Shown here piece by piece: positions 55,307 to 64,000 of a stretch of DNA of 64,000 nt. The notes beneath the pieces were generated by a model that was not told the DNA's origin, ran no database searches, and saw nothing but the letters and a program-made list of their open reading frames with translations. Positions within the stretch are counted from its first letter, which is position 1. Every line of letters starts with the position of its first letter. Where the stretch lies: contig OX597823.1 of the NCBI GenBank assembly GCA_951406725.2, forward strand, positions 79,174,001 through 79,238,000. Reading direction: 5' to 3'. A program made the position numbers and the translations under genes. This DNA is from Octopus vulgaris. Its lineage: Eukaryota.

Positions 55307-55411
55307 AGAAGAAATGAGGTAATCAGAAGATCGGATGGTTCATATTTATATATATTTATTTATATATTACATTTTTACATATATATATCATATTCAGATC
55401 ATATCGTTCAG

Positions 55412-55455
55412 ATTATTAGCGCTTTCTCCCATTCTAGTGGGGTTTTCAAATCAAT
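55412..55455 (-). ncRNA. Probable minimal hammerhead (U3-A8), slightly degenerate, in a (TA)n-flanked insert
   Basis: Minus strand: AUUGAU-UUGAAAA-C-CCCA-cuagaa-UGGG-A-GAAA-GCGC-UA-AUAAU; palindromic AGCGCU stem III; bulged stem I. Confidence 0.5.
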
Positions 55456-55488
55456 ATAAATATATGTATATATATATATATGTATATG

Positions 55489-55565
<77 letters not shown>

Positions 55566-55592
55566 ATATATATGTATGTATATATATGTATA

Positions 55593-56854
55593 CAGGGTGA
55601 GGAAGCAAAATTTACAATGAACGTTAAGTTGCTTTTTCTCAGGAGGCACTAGGTCAATTGTTTTGAAACCTAGCATATACTGATGTCATACTCATACCTA
55701 ACACTATTATCCTTACCTTTTCAGAAACTTTTGCCCATATGAGTAATCAGGAAAGCAAACGTCAAAGAGTGTGTGATTTGCTGAATGCACTCGTCACACC
55801 AAAGGAGATTTCAAGGATAGTTGGAGTGTCCATAAAGACTGTTTATAATGTAAAGAATAGAATGACTATGAGCAAAACTATTACGAGGAAGTCTGGAAGT
55901 GGAGGAATCATCAAAAAACGTACCAAAGCTTTTATTCAAGCTCTCAAATCCAAAATCCTAAAGGATGGCAATTGAACTTGAGGTAGACAAGAAGACCATT
56001 AGAAATGCAGTAAAATATGATTTGAGGTTAAAATCTTACACAAGAACACCAAAACATTTGTTGACAACAGCTATGAAGGAAAAGAGATTGGAGAGGTGCA
56101 AGAAAATTATTACATGGTTCAAGAAAGAGTCCTCCATTGTAACAATCTTTTCAGATGAAAAGATCTTCACTGTCGATGCTGTTCTGAACCGCAGAAATGA
56201 CAGATTTATTTCAAAATCAACAGCTGAGGTTAAGGGGACATTCAAAACAAAACATCCTGTACAAGTTATGGCTTTTGGTGTTGTGGCTTCCGATTGAAAG
56301 AAAATGCCTATAAAATTCTACAAAGCTGATGAAAGGATCAATGTTAATACTTACTACAAGACTCTGAGATACCAGGTATTGCCATGGCTTAAAGCAAACT
56401 ACCCAGATGGTAATTATGTATGGACACAGGATGGTGCTCCAGCCCACACAGCCAGAAAAATACAAGATTTCTCCAAATCCAACTTTAGAGAATTTTGGGA
56501 ATCATGTTTATGGCCGCCTTCTAGCCCAGATCTAAACCCTCTGGATTATGCTATTTGGAGCATTTTAGAACATGCTACCAATAGAACATCACACAGCAAT
56601 GTCGACTCTCTTAAAGATACTATTACAGAAGAATGGGAGTTGTCTCCCGAATATTTGAGGAACACTTGTACAAGTTTCAGGAAGCGTGTGAAGGCAGTTT
56701 TTGAGAAAGAAGGAGGACACAGAATAAAAACATTTTCTATTACGTAAATTTTCTTGTGGCAAATAAATTCTCATAACTTTCAATAAAATAATTGGTCATA
56801 CACTGTCTTTCAATCCCTGCCTCAAAATATTGTAAATTTTGCTTCCTCACCCTG
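55593..56854 (+). mobile_element. Tc1/mariner superfamily DNA transposon, DD37D (maT/mori-type), full length with disabled transposase
   Basis: Perfect 26-bp TIRs CAGGGTGAGGAAGCAAAATTTACAAT (55593-55618 / 56829-56854), TA on both sides, transposase motifs inside. Confidence 0.95.
55739..56747 (+). pseudogene. DD37D transposase pseudogene (frameshift near 55965, stop at 56295-56297)
   Basis: HTH-like N-terminus; FSDEKIFTVD; WTQDGAPAH; WPPSSPDLNPLDY with 37 residues between second and third Asp; split across three ORFs in the track. Confidence 0.92.
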
Positions 56855-56856
56855 TA

Positions 56857-56912
<56 letters not shown>

Positions 56913-57121
56913 GGAAAAATTATACAAAATGTATAAATAGATGATGAGTAAAGCACCGGCACAGTTTCGATTACCTGTTGTTATCAGAATAAAAACATTT
57001 TCTATTACGTAAATTTTCTTGTGGCAAATAAATTCTCATAACTTTCAATAAAATAATTGGTCATACACTGTCTTTCAATCCCTGCCTCAAAATATTGTAA
57101 ATTTTGCTTCCTCACCCTGTA

Positions 57122-57167
<46 letters not shown>

Positions 57168-57241
57168 TGGAAAAATTATACAAAATGTATAAATAGATGA
57201 TGAGTAAAGCACCGGCACAGTTTCGATTACCTGTTGTTATC
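56721..57241 (+). repeat. Tandem duplication (~260 bp x2) spanning the transposon right end and its flank
   Basis: 56721-56985 is repeated at 56986-57241, differing mainly in the (TA)n tract; creates a second right TIR ending at 57119. Confidence 0.9.
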
Positions 57242-57336
57242 TGTAGAGTTATGGCTAGAACTTCGTAGTAGTGTTTGGGGTAACAGTATTAAAAAATATG
57301 TGAAAATAGAAAGAGAGAGAAAATGGTGAGGCATTC

Positions 57337-57387
<51 letters not shown>

Positions 57388-57846
57388 CTATTTATCTATT
57401 TCATATTTCATTCCTTATATTTGACGATTCTCGGGATTAGTTTCGGTTCACAGCGAAGTTAATAAAACATTTAAAATACATTAGAAGCAGATAAAGACCT
57501 CATAAGTATGCAAGAACTTATATCAAATGGACACTGTATACAAAACTCATTATCACTGTTAAATAAGTATGTCTTTCTTACTCTGTATCACCATCGAACC
57601 TCAGAATTACTGTGAATTATACTTAAAATTTGATATTAACAAGTGATATTTGACCCTGTTATGGCTATGTAGAATTGTGATATACTAGCGGGAGCCTTGT
57701 ATATTTCACAGAATTAATGGTAACGCTAATGGATTATCTCTGAAAACTTTATCCCAAAAACCTGAATGTGTATCCTGTGTTGTGTCTGTATAGAATGATA
57801 GTCGCTCATCTGCTACTCATAGAAAAATGGCAGAAACTAGAATACG

Positions 57847-57993
57847 TATTTCTTTATTACCCACAAGGGGCTAAACATAGAGGGGACAAACAAAGACAGG
57901 CATAGGTATTAAGTCGATTACATCGACCCCAGTGCGTAACTGGTACTTAATTTATCGACCCCGAAAGGATGAAGGCAAAGTTGACCTCGGGTC
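57847..57993 (-). mobile_element. 5'-truncated SINE family B variant with 12-bp target-site duplication
   Basis: Direct repeat AACTAGAATACG at 57835-57846 and 57994-58005 brackets the alternative-tail unit. Confidence 0.88.
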
Positions 57994-58412
57994 AACTAGA
58001 ATACGATGAGTATCTTATGCACTTCATATATATATATATATACACACACTTTATGCACAATTTATAAACTTCATACACCGCACTCATATAATAAATATTC
58101 AATCTTATTTTTCCATTTTTCCCATAAGCAAACCAAAAAAATATTCCGTACATATTATACAACCTTTAGTTAAATTGTATACATTTGTCACGTAAACAAG
58201 CGCAAATATTTCACGGATTTACACTTATACGCATGCGTTAAGTGACAGGCAAGATGAAAAAAAACTTAGTGCAATGAAAAAAATGCATTTTTGACTATTC
58301 AATCCCCATCGCCACATCATCTCTCTCCACCTCACTCTCTCCTCTCTCGCTCCCCCTCTCTCACCCCCCTTTCCTCTCCCTCCACTCTCCTCTTTATCTC
58401 CCTCCTCTCTCC

Positions 58413-58506
58413 CAATGAAAACCTGGTATAAGTTCATATCCTGATCTATGCACTTCTCTTCCATCTGTCTAGTTGAAAATATATCCATAGTACTCCTACT
58501 AAACCC
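58413..58506 (-). mobile_element. RTE-type LINE reverse transcriptase fragment
   Basis: GFSRSTMDIFSTRQMEEKCIDQDMNLYQVFI matches the RTE pattern GFRxGRSTxDxIFxxRQLQEKCxEQxxxLYxxFVD. Confidence 0.7.
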
Positions 58507-58689
58507 AGAGAGAGAGAGAGATAGTGTGTGTGTGTACGTGCATATGTGTGTGTGTGTGCGTTTGTGTCTCTGTGTGTGTATGTCTGTGTTTGTGTACGCA
58601 ATAGTATGAAAGCGTCTGGATATGCCTGAGTTTACCACATCGTGCCTTCTCACGCCACATCATTTTATTTTCTCTCTTGTTTCATTATT

Positions 58690-59125
58690 TTAGCACAAGG
58701 CCAACAATTTCTAGTGAGCGCTCAACTGATACTTGTTTTATCGATACCGAAATGATGAAAGGTTAATTTGACCTCGGAGAGATTTGAACTCAGAAAGTGA
58801 AGACGGAGGAAATGCCTTAAGCATTTTATCCGGCATCCCGACGAGTTTGCAAGCTCGCCGCCTTAAATCATAACACTAATTTATTATCTCGCTCCATGAA
58901 GCGATAAGATGGTAGACTCTTTACGGCACCGGACAGAATACTAAGTGACATTTATTTCGACTCATTACGTTCTGAATTCAAATCACTCTGAGATCAGCTT
59001 TGCCATTCATTTTTTTTTTCAGAGTCGATGAAATAAATTCTAGTAAAATACTTGGGTTGATGAAATCGAATAACCCCGTCTCCCAAAACTTCAGGCCTTG
59101 TGACTATGGTCAAAAGGATTATCTA
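58690..59125. mobile_element. Two degenerate SINE family B copies head-to-head (minus ~58690-58865, plus ~58905-59125)
   Basis: Family B core and tail blocks in opposite orientations. Confidence 0.7.
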
Positions 59126-59337
59126 ACCTTCTGTTATTCTCTGTTTTTCTGAAGCATGCTTTCCTGTGCATGACTCCACTACACAAGAGCATGCAACAAA
59201 CAGCAGATGCTGAAAAAACGTACCAGTTGGCTTAGGAAACGCAGATAAGCTACATGAAGATTAAAATTACCACTTACGTTTTCCGCATTCGCCATTACGA
59301 TACATATGTGTGTTTGTACGAGCATATAAATGCATAC

Positions 59338-59448
<111 letters not shown>

Positions 59449-59519
59449 TGTGAGTGTGTATGTATATATATATATATATATATAATTGATCAAAATAAAA
59501 ACATGATGCGAAGGATTCA

Positions 59520-59597
59520 GCGGTACATATGTTTCGGGCCTTTATTAGACAGATTTATAACAATGCATAATGTATGTCTGTGGCCTTCTTCAGCCGC
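59520..59597 (-). ncRNA. Type I hammerhead ribozyme inside a fold-back insert (59484-59730)
   Basis: Minus strand: GCGG-CUGAAGA-A-GGCC...(long stem II)...GGCC-C-GAAAC-AUAU-GUA-CCGC; palindromic ACAUAUGU stem III; perfect 59-bp inverted repeat 59484-59542 / 59602-59660. Confidence 0.75.
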
Positions 59598-60467
59598 GCA
59601 CAAGGCCCGAAACATATGTACCGCTGAATCCTTCGCATCATGTTTTTATTTTGATCAATTTACTCCACCACCTACACCACCAAACGGCATACACAGGTGC
59701 TTAGAATTATCAAGTACTCACCCCGAATTTCTATATATATATATATATATTACATATGTTTGTATATGTATATAATACATATGTATACATATTCAAACAC
59801 ACATACATACTATACATGCACATACACACTTGTATGTGTGTGTGTGTGTTATGCCCAGTTCATTTATATAACAGCAGGCCTACACGCGAGAGTAATTTCT
59901 AACACGGTAAATATATTCCTATTCTGCTTCTGATACCAGAGAAAAAGTAGGTAAGACTACTGACGGAGGGTTCCTTCCTCAATTGACCAATCCTTGATGG
60001 AGCAGTACCCGATTTCCTTCCCTCATCCTTTTTTAAAATGTACTCTCCTCATAGATAACGCTGTGAAAAATCAAAATATCACCCTGCCAGATAATTTTGC
60101 ATATTTGATGTTTAGACAACACGTCATTGATTATACTTTACATATTTTATACACAGTACAGTGTGAACCAAAAAGAAGGAAATAAATTTAAATATTAGAA
60201 AGGTTAGTTGTTAGTCGAAATTACAAGCACATACTTAAGCTAAAGAAATCGTGCACTCCTCCGTTGAAAATCTGTCAATGAACAGTAGAACTGTACGTCA
60301 GGAAACAACCCAAATATTTATTCACACGCATTGAACGAAAAGATGATGCCTGTTTAATTCTTGCGAACATTTTGTGCAATAAATATTTACCAAAAACTCC
60401 AAAGTTTTTGTAAGATGTTTGTTAAAAGAATAAATCGTTTATGTTTATGATGTTTACATCATCGACC

Positions 60468-60660
60468 AACGTTATTTGAGGCTGTTTAGGGCTTAGCATT
60501 TCAGTCCTGTCATCTATGTTTAGATTATGAGTGATTTTTCTGTCCTTGGAAGTTAATCTCATTAAGGATACTACAATTTGTATCTTGTAAGTTTTCGTAA
60601 TGTAATTAGAGACAAGTCTGTGATAGGAGTTGTTATTTACATCAAACAAGTTCTTCGTTT
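60468..60660 (-). mobile_element. Decayed Penelope-like RT N-terminal remnant
   Basis: SYHRLVSNYITKTYK...NLNIDDRTEMLSPKQPQITL resembles the PLE pre-RT segment YxKLLxxNITKTYKK...LxIDDRIE...AFITLKDHK. Confidence 0.6.
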
Positions 60661-61418
60661 ACTCAGATTAAATTAAAATATTTTCCAATATTTTTTCTTT
60701 ACATTTTTCTTCATGTAACTTAGTAGTTAAATATATATACTATATATTATTTTTATCAAAAACTAAGTCACAGTTTTCTTTTAGTGTATATATACTTAAC
60801 TTAATTTATCAAAACATAATTCTGTCCGTATGTACAGGGATTTAAAGTAGCTAAATTTATCATACGGCTTCATTATCTGTCTTACTTTATCAATTGTTAG
60901 AGTATTTTTCTACATATTTATTTCATTGATATTATCAAACTCTACCGCTAATATTTTATATAGATTTAATTCATTTATTACAGTCTGGTTCATTATGCCG
61001 TCTCCTAATTTATACTGTCATATTTTGTCTTATTTTTCAAAGTTAATCAACAATGTACTCGTATACTTTAATCTTTTACTTTTCCTATCTTATTTTCATT
61101 CACTTCAAATCCACTTATTTCACAGTATTGTATGTTTCACCTTTTTTATATATATAATCTTTATATTTACGATGCATTTACCCATTCAAAGTCTACACCC
61201 ATGTTCCTCACTTCATCATTGCCAATCATTCTTATTGCTCTTTCCACTTTTGTCACCCCCGGCAAAACCAGTGCTTTGTGAGAGCATATGACAGACGGAA
61301 ACTGTGTGGTAAACGTTCATCTGTATGTATATATGAGTGCGTGGGTGTGTGGGTGGGTGGGTGTATGTATGAGTGTGCGTGTCTGCATGTGTGTAAATAT
61401 GTGTTCGTATGTGTTTAG

Positions 61419-61450
<32 letters not shown>

Positions 61451-61472
61451 CTCTTTCTCTCTCTCTCTCTCC

Positions 61473-61511
<39 letters not shown>

Positions 61512-61519
<8 letters not shown>

Positions 61520-61655
61520 ATAGAGGGCATTATTACACATAAATGCCTCACACTAAGAGAGACATAAGTCATTACTACCAAAATTTTGGTAGTAATGACT
61601 TATGTCCCTCTTAGTGTGAGGCATTTATGTGTAATAATGCCCTCTATACAATATA
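61512..61655. repeat. 144-bp near-perfect palindrome with no spacer, adjacent to (TA)n
   Basis: Centre AAAA|TTTT at 61583/61584; 72-bp arms with one mismatch. Confidence 0.95.
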
Positions 61656-61779
61656 AATTAATATTTTCAAAAGAAAAAAATTATTTTCGAAATTTTTTTC
61701 TCTTATGAGGTTTTTCACGCTAACTACCTGATAATTTCTTGTTAAGATTCCTTATTAAGAAGTTATCCTTAATTGTTAA

Positions 61780-61815
<36 letters not shown>

Positions 61816-61868
61816 AGAATGAGATAAAATTCCAAGGTTGTGAAAGATTTCAGAACATTTATAAATAA

Positions 61869-61916
61869 GTCTTACAGCTGTTTCCGGGATATTTTATAGA
61901 TCCCTTGATTGGAGAC
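61869..61916 (-). ncRNA. Decayed hammerhead motif in a (TA)n-flanked insert
   Basis: Minus strand: GUCU-CCAAUCA-A-GGGAU-loop-AUCCC-G-GAAAC-AGCU-GUA-AGAC; all three stems intact, but the core has 3 substitutions relative to CUGAUGA. Confidence 0.5.
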
Positions 61917-62035
61917 GGTGTGAGAAAATGGTTAAGCAATAGTTTTATACATATTTATATATATGTGTGTGTGTATGTATGTATGTATGTATGTATGTAT
62001 GTATGTATGTATGTATGTATGTATGTATGTATGTA

Positions 62036-62705
62036 CTAGCTGAGGTACCAGGTATTAAATTACCTTTAATAAGATAGCTGTTTATACCTATGAAACATTT
62101 TTCGTCAAATTTCGACATTTTTCAAAAATTTTACATCTATATTAATGGGTAGGAGCAATGTGTCGAAAAATTGAGCAGCGTCTGGTAGCGAACCTGTGTC
62201 GTCGTCACTTTTGTGCATGTGTGTAAAATGGCAAAGTTTTACGTTTTGGGGCAGATTTCGTCAAATTGATGTCAAAACGGCTAGCGTACAAAATGTCTAA
62301 ATTTTGCTTGAGAAATAAAATCCGCTTACCTAATCAAAACCTAAAACGCTGTCGAATTAAAACAATGAATAGAAATAATAAGCTTAAGCAAATCAAAACA
62401 ATTCGCATTGAAATGCAATATTAGCAAATGGTAAATAGATTACCGTTAATAAGCTGTCTGGTTATACCCATGAAACATTTTTCGTTAAATTTCGGCATTT
62501 TCCGTCAAGTTGATGTCACAGTGGCTAGTACCAAAAATGTCGAATTTTTACGATTTTTTAAAAATCGATGCTGATATAAAATTAATGTTTTTAAAATTTC
62601 AAGTGCATAAGTGACCGCATGGGCATAAGCCAAGTTTCATCAAGGTCTGTTGGATAGTCTCGGAGGAGTTAAAGTAAATTCATAAACACACAAACTTGCC
62701 ATTTA
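62036..62705 (-). mobile_element. Possible non-autonomous Helitron-like element with internal direct repeats
   Basis: Starts A|CTAGCTG as in the other Helitron ends; internal imperfect repeat (about 62060-62125 vs 62440-62500). Terminal hairpin not clear. Confidence 0.4.
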
Positions 62706-62714
62706 TTATTATTA

Positions 62715-62802
<88 letters not shown>

Positions 62803-62807
<5 letters not shown>

Positions 62808-63120
62808 TAGATAAACTTAGATATGTTTCGACCAAAGATTGGTCCAGGCCATGTCTAACTTAATAGCATCACCTGATAGGATTATCTAAATCCTGTTTAA
62901 GTCAATTTTGTTCAAGTTTTGTTTTGTGGTCCATTCAAGTAGTGAGTTTTTGTTGGGTGAGTTGTATCCAATTATGGGTGGCTTATCTGGTATTCCTTGG
63001 AGGAATCTATCCAGACTCCGTTTAAAGTTGATAGGATCCTTTTCCTCTTTGATCTCTTTCGGGACGATATTAAATAGGGCAGGGCCTGTTGAGGAAAAGA
63101 AATTATGTTGCAGTGTACAT
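62803..63120 (-). mobile_element. 5'-truncated L2/Crack-like LINE 3' end
   Basis: Minus strand reads HNFFSSTGPALFNIVPKEIKEEKDPINFKRSLDRFLQGIPDKP..GY...NSL; 3' stem-loop GACCAA-TCT-TTGGTC and duplicated TATCTAAGTT tail. Confidence 0.75.
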
Positions 63121-63148
63121 ATATGCTGTTATCCTGAATTGGGCAGGG

Positions 63149-63179
<31 letters not shown>

Positions 63180-63189
63180 CATAGCTGCA

Positions 63190-64000
63190 CCTTCGTTACA
63201 CAAGAAAAGCCATTGCCAAAAAGACTTACTGAAATGCTTTATTATTGATGCCATGCGATGCCCTCATATGACTTTTAAGCCTAGCCAAATTTTTGCACAT
63301 ATATTTTTTGTTGTGGCTGATTCTTGAAAGTAAGTCGTGTTGCAGCGTGTATATTACTTATGAGGTTTTTATAGTAATGGGTGTTGTGTGACATGTTGAT
63401 GTTGCGGTTGTTGTTCTGATGTCGGTACTAAGCGCTCAATATAGAAGTCACTGCCAGGCAGTCACCTCTATATTGTGTTGCATATAACTGGACACTAGTT
63501 TTATGTCTTGTTTTTCTACGATATATTTTTGTTTTGCTTTCTATGGTGGTTTAAGGCTTTTTCATTTGTTGTGTATGTTCTAGAAGTATGGCTTTAGACG
63601 TTGTTCTGTGCTTTGAAGAATTTGGCTATTTCATGTGTATAACAGGTTGCATTTTTGAGTTGCTTCGTAGGATACATCTTTTAGATGTAGCAATAATGAT
63701 TTTATTAAGTATATGTCAAATATATATACAGAAACACCATTAAAGTCGAATTCTGAAAACCTAGGCTCTGCCTTTTACTACCTTTCGTTTCAGACAATTT
63801 TTTTAATAATCTAAAAGTGCTCTTGCTTCCTTCATTAATGCACGCATGCGTAGTGAATGAAATATGCTTCCGAATAAAGTTACGCAATTTTTAGTCAAGT
63901 TTATTTAGCAGATAGGAGTGTTAAGCAGAATGTTTTGTCTTAGGAAGAGTTGTAGTTGGCTCGTTAAGGTATCTGTTTGCTTCTAGTATTGTAAATATAT
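63190..64000 (-). mobile_element. Highly decayed LINE remnant, possibly RTE-type 3' region
   Basis: Broken minus-strand frames QHNIEVTAWQ and NLARLKSHMRASH resemble RTE C-terminal motifs; many stops. Confidence 0.35.

Noticed and set aside
62803-62860. Hammerhead-like GACCAA-TCT-TTGGTC-GAAAC on the minus strand
   Set aside because: No CUGANGA or UUGANAA core; it lies at the LINE 3' end and is better explained as the terminal stem-loop.

Overview
AT-rich eukaryotic DNA, almost certainly intronic or intergenic, dense in microsatellites and mobile elements. The SINE families and simple-repeat landscape look like an Octopus (coleoid cephalopod) genome; this is an inference. No host protein-coding gene is confidently visible, and most listed ORFs are translations of microsatellites. 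Recognisable elements: a near-intact Penelope-like retroelement (RT + GIY-YIG, minus strand, about 23.2-27.35 kb) with an inverted pseudo-LTR; a DD37D (maT-type) Tc1/mariner transposon; deleted mariner copies; hAT MITEs; non-autonomous Helitrons; CR1/L2/RTE LINE remnants; and four tRNA-derived SINE families. The most notable signal is a recurring class of short non-coding inserts in (TA)n tracts. They share the Penelope architecture (inverted partial copy plus direct repeat) and several carry type I hammerhead ribozyme folds, four with the compensatory U3-A8 core variant. Two have tandem units of 362 and 558 nt bounded by predicted cleavage sites, so they are candidate cephalopod retrozymes mobilised by Penelope-like elements. 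All RNA folds were paired by eye, not computed.
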